Below are positions 41,337 through 50,877 of a DNA stretch of 64,000 nt, in pieces (positions within the stretch are counted from its first letter, which is position 1; the number at the start of each line of letters is the position of its first letter). Below the pieces are notes generated by a model. That model was not told the DNA's origin, made no database searches, and saw only the letters and a list, made by a program, of their open reading frames with translations. Source of the DNA: Pseudomonadota bacterium (GTDB lineage Bacteria > Pseudomonadota > Gammaproteobacteria > Burkholderiales > Rhodocyclaceae); NCBI GenBank assembly GCA_029780075.1, contig JAKOZI010000076.1, positions 2,911 to 66,910 on the forward strand. Direction: 5' to 3'. The translations under genes and the position numbers were made by a program.

Positions 41337-43133
41337 ATGCTGAAAACGCATCTGAATCCCTGCACTCGTGTAACTCTTCCGCTCACCTTGTATGCTCTCG
41401 GGACATGGTTGTATACGCTGGCCTGGCCGACGCTGGCGGCCACCGGCGACGATGCCGGCGGAATGGCGTGGGGAATGATGACCGTCGAACTGCTCGGCGG
41501 CCTGGCAATCTTTCTCTTCGGCATGCTGCAGATGGAGGAAGGCCTCAAGGCCGTCGCCGGCGAGCGGATGAAGGGAATCCTCGCCAAGCTGACGGTGAAC
41601 CGCTTCATGGGCGTCGGCACCGGTGCGCTGGTCACCGCGGTGATCCAGTCTTCCTCGGTGACGACGGTGCTGGTGGTCGGCTTCATCTCGGCCGGGCTGA
41701 TGACACTCTCGCAGTCGGTCGGTGTGATCATGGGCGCCAACATCGGCACCACGATCACCGCCCAGATCGTCGCCTTCAAGATCACCAAGGCGGCGCTGGG
41801 GATGATTGCGGTCGGCTTTGCGATGCTGTTCATCGCCAGGAGCGACCGGACCAAGCACTACGGCGAAATGCTGATGGGCCTGGGCATGGTGTTCTTCGGC
41901 ATGCACGTGATGAGCGAGGCAATGGAGCCGCTGCGCAGCTACCAGCCTTTCCTCGACCTGATGAAGAGCATGGACAACCCCTTGGTCGGCGTCCTGATCG
42001 CCACCGCCTTCACCGCCCTGATCCAGTCCTCGTCGGCTTCGACCGGCATCGTCATCGTCATGGCCGGACAGGGTTTCATCAGCCTGCAGGCAGGCATCGC
42101 CCTGGCCTTCGGCGCCAACATCGGCACCTGCGCGACGGCGCTGCTGGCGGTGATCGGCAAGCCGCGCGAAGCGGTGCGTGCGGCGCTGGTCCATCTGGGC
42201 TTCAATGTCTGCGGGGTGCTGATCTGGCTGCCGTTCATTGGCTTCATCGCCGATCTGGTCACCGCCATTTCGCCGAGCTACCCGAACCTCAGTGGCGTCG
42301 ACCGCCTGGCCGCCGAGACGCCGCGCCAGATCGCCAACGCGCACACTTTCTTCAATATCGCCAACACGCTGATCTTCATCTGGTTTACCACCCAGATTGC
42401 GCGTTTCGTCGAATGGCTGGTGCCCGACAAGCCGCTCGCTGAGGAAGCCGTCATCGTGCGCACCCGGTACCTGCAGGATGAACTGCTGAGCGCGCCGTCG
42501 CTAGCCCTCGACCAGGTCCGCATGGAGATCATGCACATGGGCGAGACGGTCAATGCGATGTTGCAGGGCATCATGCCGGCGATCATCGGCGGTGACCGAA
42601 AGGTGCTCGAAGAGATCCGGCAAATGGACGACACGGTCGATATCCTGCATGCCGGGATCATTGACTATCTGGCCAAGATCAGCAAGCAGCCACTGGGGGA
42701 CGAACAGACGAGGGAGTTGATGCAGTTGATGGAAGCTGCCAGCAACCTCGAAAACATCGGCGACATTGTCGAAACCAATCTGGTAGTGCTGGGGCATGAC
42801 CGCATACGTGACAAGATTCAGGTCGGCGAGTCTACTCAACAGGTGCTCAACGGATTTCAGGCGGCAATTACCAAGGCGGTAGCAGCCGCTGTGCAGGCGG
42901 TAGGACAGCGCAACGAGCGAGCCGGACAGGTAGTGATCGGGATGAAGAACGAGATCAACCGTATCGCCGATTCGGCAGCCGCGCATGAGGCACGTCGGCT
43001 GGTCGCCGAAGAGCCGAACCGCATCGCGGCCTACACCATGGAGATCGAGATCATCGAGAAACAGAAGCGCATCTACTATTTCGCCAAGCGGATGGCGAAG
43101 ACGGTGATGCCGGCCGTATTGCAGGGCCAATAA
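41337..43133 (+). CDS. Na+/Pi cotransporter (NptA/YjbB, SLC34-like) with PhoU-like C-terminus
   Basis: Two 'IQSSS' and two 'GANIGT' repeats; 'IANAHTFFN'; PhoU-like 'LENIGD'. Confidence 0.92.
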   Translation: MLKTHLNPCTRVTLPLTLYALGTWLYTLAWPTLAATGDDAGGMAWGMMTVELLGGLAIFLFGMLQMEEGLKAVAGERMKGILAKLTVNRFMGVGTGALVTAVIQSSSVTTVLVVGFISAGLMTLSQSVGVIMGANIGTTITAQIVAFKITKAALGMIAVGFAMLFIARSDRTKHYGEMLMGLGMVFFGMHVMSEAMEPLRSYQPFLDLMKSMDNPLVGVLIATAFTALIQSSSASTGIVIVMAGQGFISLQAGIALAFGANIGTCATALLAVIGKPREAVRAALVHLGFNVCGVLIWLPFIGFIADLVTAISPSYPNLSGVDRLAAETPRQIANAHTFFNIANTLIFIWFTTQIARFVEWLVPDKPLAEEAVIVRTRYLQDELLSAPSLALDQVRMEIMHMGETVNAMLQGIMPAIIGGDRKVLEEIRQMDDTVDILHAGIIDYLAKISKQPLGDEQTRELMQLMEAASNLENIGDIVETNLVVLGHDRIRDKIQVGESTQQVLNGFQAAITKAVAAAVQAVGQRNERAGQVVIGMKNEINRIADSAAAHEARRLVAEEPNRIAAYTMEIEIIEKQKRIYYFAKRMAKTVMPAVLQGQ

Positions 43134-43278
43134 CCGTCGCGGCGACGGGCAGCGCCGACCTGCCCGGCTAGACAGTGAGGCATGCGCCGTGGCAAGCGGC
43201 AGGGAGAGCACTAGTCCTCTAGCCACCCCAGCGCTTGGTACTCGTCGCATTCCTCGCGGGCGTACGGTAGAATCCATC

Positions 43279-44889
43279 ATGCCCGTCATAGAACTCACCC
43301 TGTTGCTGTTGCTGGCGATCGCTGTCGGCGGCGCGCTCGTTCGCTGGACGCCGCTGCCCTTGCCGATCCTGCTGGTCGTCGTCGGCCTGGCGGCGTCGTT
43401 CCTGCCCGGCCTCGACGCCATCGAGGTCGATCCGGAGTTGTTCCTGCTGCTGTTCATCCCGCCGATTCTTTTCGCCGACGCCTGGGTGTTGCCGCGTCGC
43501 GATTTTGTGCGCGTGCTGAAGCCGGTGCTGCTGCTGGCACTGGGCCTGGTCGTGCTGACCGTGGTCGTGGTCGGCTATGTGATGCACTGGCTGATTCCGG
43601 CAATGCCACTGGCGGTTGCCTTTACCCTCGGCGCGATCGTCTCGCCGACCGATGCCGTGGCCACCGTGGCGACCACCGAAACCCTGCCGCTGCCGGGGCG
43701 GATCGTACATATCGTCAATGCCGAAAGCCTGCTCAACGATGCCTCGGGGCTGGTGGCCTTCAAGCTCGCCGTGGCGGCGGCGGCGACCGGGCTGTTCTCG
43801 TCGGCCGAGGTGGCCGGCAATTTCGTGATTCTGGCCGGCGGCGGCATGGTCGTCGGCATCGCTTTCGAGTGGTTTGGACGTCAGCTGCGGCAACGGCTCA
43901 TTCGTCTGCAGGCCGGTGACCCGGTGCTGCAGACGCTGCTGACGGTCCTGATTCCCTATGGCGCTTACCTTGCCGCCGAGGCGCTGCGGGTCTCGGGAAT
44001 CCTGGCCGTCGTCGCGGCCGGGCTGTGGGCCAGCGGCCAGGAAGTCAAGGGACTCACCGCCGATGCCCGCCGGCACGCGCGTGAGGTCTGGCGGATGCTG
44101 TCGTACATCCTGAACGGCCTGGTCTTTGTGCTGCTCGGCCTGCAACTGCGCCGCATGCTGACCAGTGTTGACCACTTTGCCCCGCTCGACCTGGCTCTTT
44201 ATGCGTTCGTTTTGTGGGTTCTGTTGATGGTGTTGCGCATCGCCTGGGTGTGGGCCTCCGCGCATGTACGATTTCGCCTGCACTGGGGCTGGGCCGGCAG
44301 CCGCTCGGGGCCGGACCCGAAACGGATGCTGCTGGTGAGTTGGGCGGCGGTACGCGGGTCGATCACGCTGGCGACGGCGCTGTCCGTTCCCGCCTTCGTC
44401 GCCGGTGGAATGCCCTTTCCCGAGCGCGACCTCGTCGTTTTTCTGGCCGCGGCGACGATCCTCCTGACGCTGGCCCTGAATGGCGTGCCCCTTCCCTGGA
44501 TCATCGGCAAACTGGCGCTCGACCACGAGGAGGATGCCGCCCGTGAGGAAAGCACCGCCCGCGCCGAAATCGCACGGGCGGCAATCGGCGCCGTGGCGCT
44601 CACGGCCAGGAACCTTTCGGACCCCGAGGACGTGTCTTTCGCGGCACAACTGGCGCACCGCTACGAGGGGAAGCTCGAACTGCTCGAAGGTGATGCCGAA
44701 AATGCTTCCCTGCGAGCAACGCACATCGCACTGCGACGGCACTTGCGTCTGGCGGCGATCCACGCCGAGCGTGCGCGCCTGCACGAGTTGCACGCTGCCG
44801 ACGCGATCAACGACGAAACGCTGCGGACCATCGAGGCCGAACTCGACGAGCGCGAGTTGATTTCCTCGACCCGTGTGAACCGCGGCTAG
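43279..44889 (+). CDS. CPA1 Na+/H+ antiporter (NhaP/YjcE-like)
   Basis: 'LFIPPILF', 'GAIVSPTDAVA', 'ESLLNDASGLV', 'RGSITLA'. Confidence 0.92.
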   Translation: MPVIELTLLLLLAIAVGGALVRWTPLPLPILLVVVGLAASFLPGLDAIEVDPELFLLLFIPPILFADAWVLPRRDFVRVLKPVLLLALGLVVLTVVVVGYVMHWLIPAMPLAVAFTLGAIVSPTDAVATVATTETLPLPGRIVHIVNAESLLNDASGLVAFKLAVAAAATGLFSSAEVAGNFVILAGGGMVVGIAFEWFGRQLRQRLIRLQAGDPVLQTLLTVLIPYGAYLAAEALRVSGILAVVAAGLWASGQEVKGLTADARRHAREVWRMLSYILNGLVFVLLGLQLRRMLTSVDHFAPLDLALYAFVLWVLLMVLRIAWVWASAHVRFRLHWGWAGSRSGPDPKRMLLVSWAAVRGSITLATALSVPAFVAGGMPFPERDLVVFLAAATILLTLALNGVPLPWIIGKLALDHEEDAAREESTARAEIARAAIGAVALTARNLSDPEDVSFAAQLAHRYEGKLELLEGDAENASLRATHIALRRHLRLAAIHAERARLHELHAADAINDETLRTIEAELDERELISSTRVNRG

Positions 44890-45126
44890 CGCGAAGCGAT
44901 CAGCAGCGTCCGCCGGAGCCCGTGCCGGGTTGGTTTCCGCTGATGGTGTGCTGGACCAGGACAATTGACCACGGCATCGAACTCGGAGAAAATCGAAAAT
45001 CCATTCTGTGGAACAGGGGACCGCCGTTAAGGTCGACGCCGCCGCGTCGCTGGCGGCAAGGCCGCTGCTCACATGGTGGGACAGCCGGCATGACTTGCGG
45101 CAGCCACTTCTCTCAGGATGTCACAC

Positions 45127-46512
45127 ATGGATCCCGCTCTCTGGATAGAACTCGTTGTCTTTGTTGTTCTGCTCGGGTTTTCGGGCTTTTTTTCGAGTAC
45201 CGAAACCTCGCTATTCTCTCTGAGTTCGTTCCAGCTTGAACAGATGCGCGCCGCCAGGAATCCACGTATCGAGTTGATCGATCGGCTGCGCAGCGAACCG
45301 CGGCGCCTGATCGTCACCATCCTCATCGGCAACGAGTTCGTCAATGTCTCGGCGTCGGTGATCTCGGCGGCGATGATCATCCATCTGTTCGGCGCCGAAA
45401 ACGAAATGATCAATTTGCTGGTGATGGTGCCGATCCTGTTGCTGTTCGGCGAGATCACCCCGAAAGTTCTGGCGATTCGCAACAATGTCGCATTTGCGAA
45501 CGTCGAGTGCCGCCCCATCGCGCTCGTCGCCCGCCTGATCACGCCCTTGCGCGAAGTGATACGGTACGTCTCCGATTTCTTCATTACCCTGATCGTCGGC
45601 AAGCAGCGCTCGCAGGGCAACCTGGTGACCGAAGACATGATCCGCACTCTGGTGCACGATGCCGTCGGCGAGGGCGCGCTCGACAGCCAGGAAGCGCAGT
45701 ACATCGAAAAAATCTTCGACTTCGGCAACAAGTCCTTGCGGGATATCATGCGGCCGCGCTCCGACATCCAGTTTCTGGCGGCCGACTTGCCGGTGGCGGA
45801 ATTGCTGGCCCAGATCAAGGCCAGCCGCCAGTCACGTTATCCGGTATTCAAGGGGCATCGCGACACGATCCTGGGCATCCTGCACGCGCGCGACCTGCTC
45901 GGCGTCGATCTGGCGAGGCTGGAGCGTGATCCGCAGGGTTTTCGAAAACTGCTGCGGCAGCCGAGCTTCTTCCCCGAGTCGAAGCCGGCGGTAGAACTGT
46001 TCCACACCTTTCGCCAGCGCAAGCTGTCCTTCGCGCTGATCGTCGACGAGTATGGTGGGGTGACCGGACTGGTAACCATGGAAGATCTGCTCGAGTGCGT
46101 GTTCGGCGAAATCGCCAGCCCCTCCGATAGCGAGGTGGTGAACACACACCTGCTCGGCGAACTTGCCGATGGCCGTCGTTTGATCGACACCAGCATCTCC
46201 CTGGAGGACTTCAACCGGGAGTTCGCGGTCAGCATCGGGAGCGAAGAGTCCGAGACCCTTGCCGGAGCCTTGCTGGACGCCTTCGGAGAACTGCCGGCAA
46301 GCGGCGCCACGATCGAGCTCGCCGGCCTCAAATTTGTCGTCGAGGGGATTGAGCACAACCGCATTACCCGCGTGCTCGTCGAGCGCCTGCCGCCGCTTGC
46401 TCCGACCGCGAGCGAGACGGCTGGGGACCTGGCCGCCAGTTCGTCCGGCGACGGTGGCCTGGACACCCCGGCAGCCACCGTGAAACCAGCGAGAGGCGCC
46501 GACCATGTCTGA
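45127..46512 (+). CDS. CNNM/CorB transporter, subtype I
   Basis: 'FFSSTETSLFSL', 'GNEFVN', 'FGEITPKV', 'VDEYGGVTGLVTMED'. Confidence 0.92.
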   Translation: MDPALWIELVVFVVLLGFSGFFSSTETSLFSLSSFQLEQMRAARNPRIELIDRLRSEPRRLIVTILIGNEFVNVSASVISAAMIIHLFGAENEMINLLVMVPILLLFGEITPKVLAIRNNVAFANVECRPIALVARLITPLREVIRYVSDFFITLIVGKQRSQGNLVTEDMIRTLVHDAVGEGALDSQEAQYIEKIFDFGNKSLRDIMRPRSDIQFLAADLPVAELLAQIKASRQSRYPVFKGHRDTILGILHARDLLGVDLARLERDPQGFRKLLRQPSFFPESKPAVELFHTFRQRKLSFALIVDEYGGVTGLVTMEDLLECVFGEIASPSDSEVVNTHLLGELADGRRLIDTSISLEDFNREFAVSIGSEESETLAGALLDAFGELPASGATIELAGLKFVVEGIEHNRITRVLVERLPPLAPTASETAGDLAASSSGDGGLDTPAATVKPARGADHV

Positions 46513-47752
46513 TATCTGGATCACGGCACTGTTGATGGTCGTCTGCCTGATCGCCGAGGGGTTTTTCTCGGGATCGGAACTCGGCATCGTCAGTGCCGAC
46601 CGCATGAAGTTGCGTCACGATGCCGCCAAGGGCTCACGCGGTGCGCGCCTGGCGCTCGACATGCTGGAGAAACGTCCGGAGTGGCTGTTGTCGACGACCC
46701 TGGTCGGGACCAATATTGCGGTGGTGGCCAACTCGACGATTGCCACCGCACTGATGATCTCGCTCTTCGGTGAAGCAGGGAGCTGGCTGGCAGTCATTCT
46801 GGTCGCGCCGCTGATCTGGGTGTTCGGCGAAATCGTTCCGAAAAGCGTCTTCCAGCAGCGCGCCGACACGATCACGCCCTATGTGATCCACGTGCTGCGT
46901 TTCTTCTCGATTCTCTTCTGGCCCATTCTGATCGTCTTTGTGACGCTGTCGAAGTTCCTTTCGCGCCTTGCCGGTAGCCGCGACGAACACAACCCCTTTA
47001 CCTTGCGCGAGCAGATCCAGAGCATGGTGCAGATGCCACCACAGGAGGGCGGTGACATCCAGGCCATCGAAAAAACCATGATCCGGCGGATGTTCAATTT
47101 TTCGGAGACCACGGTCTACAAGGTGATGGTGCCCTTGATCGACGTGAACGCGGTCGAGAAGCACGCGACCGTCGGCGAGGCGGTGCACCTGGCCGTCGAC
47201 AGTTCGCACGTCCGCCTGCCGGTGTACGATGGCCGGATCGACCGGGTGGTCGGCGTTTTGAACACCATGGACCTGCTGGGTGTTGACCAATCCTCACCGA
47301 TAGAACCTTTCATCCGGTCGGCGCGCTACGTTCCCGCCAGCAAGAGCGCCGAATCGATGCTCGTCGAATTGCGCAAGGACGGCGACGCGATGGCCGTGGT
47401 GATGGACGAGTTCGGTGGTGCCGAAGGCATCGTGACCATCGAGGACATCATTGAAGATGTCGTCGAGGACATGCAGGACGAGTACGACCGGCAGGAGAAG
47501 CCGGCCGAGTGGCTTAAAAAGCTGGGCCACCACGACTATCTGGTCAGCGCCCGCGCCGATCCAGGCATCCTGGTTGAAAAGCTGGGGCTGAAACTCCCTG
47601 GCCAAGGGAGCTACGACACGCTCTCCGGATTTCTTCTCGAGCACGCCCGCGAGATTCCCCGTGCAGGGACAACGATTGAAGTTGAAGGCATCAAATTCAC
47701 GATCCAGCGCGCAACCCCACAGGTGATCCAGGAAGTGCAGATTCGCTGGTAG
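46505..47752 (+). CDS. CNNM/CorB transporter, subtype II
   Basis: 'FFSGSE', 'VGTN', 'FGEIVPKS', 'DEFGGAEGIVTIED'; 8-bp overlap with the upstream paralogue. Confidence 0.92.
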   Translation: MSDIWITALLMVVCLIAEGFFSGSELGIVSADRMKLRHDAAKGSRGARLALDMLEKRPEWLLSTTLVGTNIAVVANSTIATALMISLFGEAGSWLAVILVAPLIWVFGEIVPKSVFQQRADTITPYVIHVLRFFSILFWPILIVFVTLSKFLSRLAGSRDEHNPFTLREQIQSMVQMPPQEGGDIQAIEKTMIRRMFNFSETTVYKVMVPLIDVNAVEKHATVGEAVHLAVDSSHVRLPVYDGRIDRVVGVLNTMDLLGVDQSSPIEPFIRSARYVPASKSAESMLVELRKDGDAMAVVMDEFGGAEGIVTIEDIIEDVVEDMQDEYDRQEKPAEWLKKLGHHDYLVSARADPGILVEKLGLKLPGQGSYDTLSGFLLEHAREIPRAGTTIEVEGIKFTIQRATPQVIQEVQIRW

Positions 47753-47872
47753 GTTTTTGGCGCGGCGGCTGCCCCTTGCGGCGGCACCCCGGTTCGTTTG
47801 GCCTGGTGCGCCGTTCAGGGCAGAGCGGGTGTTCGTTGCAGCGTATTGAGACTCCAACCCTGGACATTTGCG

Positions 47873-48631
47873 ATGATTTCTCGGCTACCAGAAGGCATAT
47901 TTCTCGGTTTGACATGCGCCTGGCTTGCCGGATGCAGCAGTTTTCCGGCGAGTCAGGCGGAACACGCCGTTTATGTGCCATCGCCAAACCACAATGTCCG
48001 TCGGCCAAATTTCGTGATCATTCACGATACCAGCAGTGGCAACGTCAAACATGCCCTCAGGACGCTCACCGATCCTGCCCGCGAAGTCAGCTCCCATTAT
48101 CTGATCGGACGCGACGGCACCCTGTACCAACTCGTCGACGAAGACCGACGCGCCTGGCACGCCGGGGCGTCCTACTGGGGGGGCAACAGTGATATCAACT
48201 CCGCGTCGATCGGTATCGAACTCGACAATACGGGGGCCGAACCTTACTCCGAGGCGCAGATCATGATTCTCCTTGAGGTGCTGAGGGGCCTGAAAACGCG
48301 TTACCGGATTCCGGCAAGCAATTTCCTGGGGCACGGCGATGTGGCCCCGGGTCGCAAAGTCGATCCGAGCCGGCACTTCCCATGGGAAAGACTGGCGACG
48401 GAGGGATTTGGTTTGTGGTGCCGCCAGCAAGCGGCAACGCCCCTGCCGGCTCTTGCCGATTCTCTGCTGGCACTCCAGGCCACAGGTTACGACGTTTCTG
48501 ACCCTGCGGCCGCTTTGGCGGCGTTTCGTCGGCATTTCCTCGGCATCGATACGCACAGCGAGGCGAGCGAGGCAGAGCGTCAGCTCATGCAGTGCCTGGT
48601 GCTGGAGAAACGCAGGAAGCCCATACCGTGA
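47873..48631 (+). CDS. N-acetylmuramoyl-L-alanine amidase lipoprotein (AmiD-like, amidase_2)
   Basis: Lipobox LAGC; 'IIHDT', 'VSSHY', 'RAWHAG', 'SIGIE', 'GHGDVAPGRKVDP'. Confidence 0.92.
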   Translation: MISRLPEGIFLGLTCAWLAGCSSFPASQAEHAVYVPSPNHNVRRPNFVIIHDTSSGNVKHALRTLTDPAREVSSHYLIGRDGTLYQLVDEDRRAWHAGASYWGGNSDINSASIGIELDNTGAEPYSEAQIMILLEVLRGLKTRYRIPASNFLGHGDVAPGRKVDPSRHFPWERLATEGFGLWCRQQAATPLPALADSLLALQATGYDVSDPAAALAAFRRHFLGIDTHSEASEAERQLMQCLVLEKRRKPIP

Positions 48632-50562
48632 AGTCGCGCAATCCCAGGGGTTCCACGCGGTGGCGCGAGGGCCTCGGCTGGGACGACGGCGCGACCAGTC
48701 CTGCGATGATTGCTGTCGCGTCCTTCCCGGATCGGCGATGCGGCGACCGCCCCCTGTGGGCGGTTTTCATGCTGGCATTGGTCGTCCTGGGCGGCTGTGC
48801 CGGTTTCGAGCCGCAACCCGGCCCACTGCCTGAACCCGGTGGTCAGTACGTCACGCTGACTACGCCGTTCATCGCCGTCGGCGACACGCAGGAGCACGAG
48901 TCGACCGGGTATCCGCTGCACGACAACGACAGTGCCATCGACGCCTTCGTCGAGGTGGCGCAGCGCCCGCCGGAGCAGCCCTTGTTCGGGCGGCGCATTC
49001 TGGAATGGGCGCTGGAGCATGATCCCGACGAGCCGTTCATTCACCTTGGCGATGTGATGGACCTCTCGTGCCAATCGGAAGCGCAGCGCATGGATCGCAT
49101 ATTCAAAGGCGCGCGGCAGCCGGTTGCGATCCTGCCGGGCAACCACGACGGCTTGATGTTCGGCATTTACGGTTATCGGCTGCTCGACGCGGTCATGGAT
49201 GCGGACGCCAAGCGCTGGAATCGGGCCTGCCGCCGCGGCGCAGCGCCCGAGGACAGCGAGCACAAGACCGATCGCGAGGCGCTGAGCAAACGCGACTTCA
49301 TTGTCCGTTACCTCAGGAACAAGGCGCATGGTGGGCGAGCACCGGGTCTGCCCGAGCCACCCGTCGAGGGAGACTTCCGGATCAGCTGGCGAAATCCGGA
49401 GCCACAGGCCTTCATTTCCGCCATGGAGGTGCGTTTGCTGGACGGTTATCAGTATGCCGATTCGTTCCTTGCGCAACGGCTGCGCCTTCCCCGCGCCGAA
49501 GGCGCCCCACGCGGGGTGGTGATCATCGGCCTGGACACCAACCAGGCAGGATCGCTGGTCAGCACCTGGGATACCCTGATGGGTCGGAGCCCGGGAACCA
49601 CCGGTCATATCCACCCGGATCAGATTCAGGTGGTCAGGGACTGGGTGATCGAGGCGGTGATCGCCGGCGACATCGTGGTCTTTGCCGGACATCACAACTG
49701 GTCGAATCTTGGTCTACCCTCACGCCTGCTGCTGCGCAACCTGATGTCGATTCTGCGTCATCCGCTGGTGTACCTTTCGGCGCACACCCACCGCGGCTTC
49801 TGGGCGGTGCACACCATCCTGGCTTTGCGCCCGGTGCTGGAACTCAACGTCAGCTCGCTGTCGGACTGGCCGATCGGCTACCGGCGCATCAGTTTTGCCA
49901 TTGATGAACAGGCCAACCGCTTGCTGGTTCGCGGTGATCTGATGCCTCACGGCGATGCCCCAAGCCTGACCGACGACGACCTGATGGCCGCCTGGGAGGC
50001 ACAAACCTGCGCCCGCTCCGGACTCAAGCCGGAATTCCTGCGCCTACACGACGCCGCGTTGGTGAAACGCCAGCGCGATTCGCGTGGCAGCATCATCGAG
50101 TGGTTGCTGCAGGAATTGGGCGCGAGGTGCGAGGACGGCGAATGCCAGCAAACCGTATTCCAGAATGCGCAGTCGTATCAGGACGAACTTTTGCTGGCGC
50201 TGATCCAGGTCGATCAGCACCTGGGTGTCGATGCTCATGCACTGCACAAGGTCAAGTTGCCGGAATGGTGTCATGGCGCCGACTTCAGCGTCTGCGCCAC
50301 CCGCCTGATGGACGAGCGCGCCACCGACTTCAATTCGCATGTGAATCTGTTCCGGCGCAAGGCGGGCCTGGTCGATATCGTCAGCAATCACCTCGATGAT
50401 ATTTCGACGCTGGAGGCCAAAGCCTACATGACCTGTCGCGCGGTTCAGGCGGCCAGGATCGACTTCATTGCCACCGAAGACAAGCGCAACGATTATCGGA
50501 GTGAAGCCAATCGCCGTGCCGAGCACTTCTTCCGAATCGAGGCCAGCGTTGGCATGGAATAG
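48628..50562 (+). CDS. Calcineurin-like metallophosphoesterase, probable lipoprotein
   Basis: Lipobox LGGC; motifs 'GDTQ', 'GDVMD', 'GNHD', 'GHH', 'AHTH'; start uncertain (GTG 48628 overlaps the amidase stop). Confidence 0.8.
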   Translation: MKSRNPRGSTRWREGLGWDDGATSPAMIAVASFPDRRCGDRPLWAVFMLALVVLGGCAGFEPQPGPLPEPGGQYVTLTTPFIAVGDTQEHESTGYPLHDNDSAIDAFVEVAQRPPEQPLFGRRILEWALEHDPDEPFIHLGDVMDLSCQSEAQRMDRIFKGARQPVAILPGNHDGLMFGIYGYRLLDAVMDADAKRWNRACRRGAAPEDSEHKTDREALSKRDFIVRYLRNKAHGGRAPGLPEPPVEGDFRISWRNPEPQAFISAMEVRLLDGYQYADSFLAQRLRLPRAEGAPRGVVIIGLDTNQAGSLVSTWDTLMGRSPGTTGHIHPDQIQVVRDWVIEAVIAGDIVVFAGHHNWSNLGLPSRLLLRNLMSILRHPLVYLSAHTHRGFWAVHTILALRPVLELNVSSLSDWPIGYRRISFAIDEQANRLLVRGDLMPHGDAPSLTDDDLMAAWEAQTCARSGLKPEFLRLHDAALVKRQRDSRGSIIEWLLQELGARCEDGECQQTVFQNAQSYQDELLLALIQVDQHLGVDAHALHKVKLPEWCHGADFSVCATRLMDERATDFNSHVNLFRRKAGLVDIVSNHLDDISTLEAKAYMTCRAVQAARIDFIATEDKRNDYRSEANRRAEHFFRIEASVGME

Positions 50563-50580
50563 CCACTGCGCGACGGTGCC

Positions 50581-50830
50581 CGTAACGGGCATTCGCCAGC
50601 CCGATACAAAGAGGCCGCAGAATTTGTCAGCTTCCTCCTGAAGCCCGAGATGCCGATCGAACGGGTTCGTACCGTCGGCCCCTTGCCACTTACCGCTGCG
50701 GCGCGGAGCGCTGCCCACAGCTCGCTCCTGAAGAACAAGGACCAGACCCTGCAACTGGCCTACGCCCCGATCGATGGCAAGGGTGCCCGGCCGAACGCTC
50801 GCGTCGCCAATATCGACCCGGCGGTACAAA
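50581..50830 (+). pseudogene. Internal fragment of a UgpB-like ABC solute-binding protein
   Basis: 'GHSPARYKEAAEFVSFLLKPEM...GPLPLTAAARSAA' resembles the 'YK-AxFxxFLxxPE...GxLP' segment of family-1 SBPs; no start, no ends. Recognised from memory. Confidence 0.55.
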
Positions 50831-50877
50831 CTGCAGAACTCCTGGCAGGAGCAAGCCGAGGAGTGGTTACGCCAGTT

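Noticed and set aside
43134-43150. CCGTCGC-G-GCGACGG palindrome as terminator or REP
   Set aside because: No U tract and no other copies noticed.
38169-47752. Four 'hemolysin' virulence genes
   Set aside because: The HlyC/TlyC label is legacy naming; the motifs match CNNM/CorB divalent-cation transporters.
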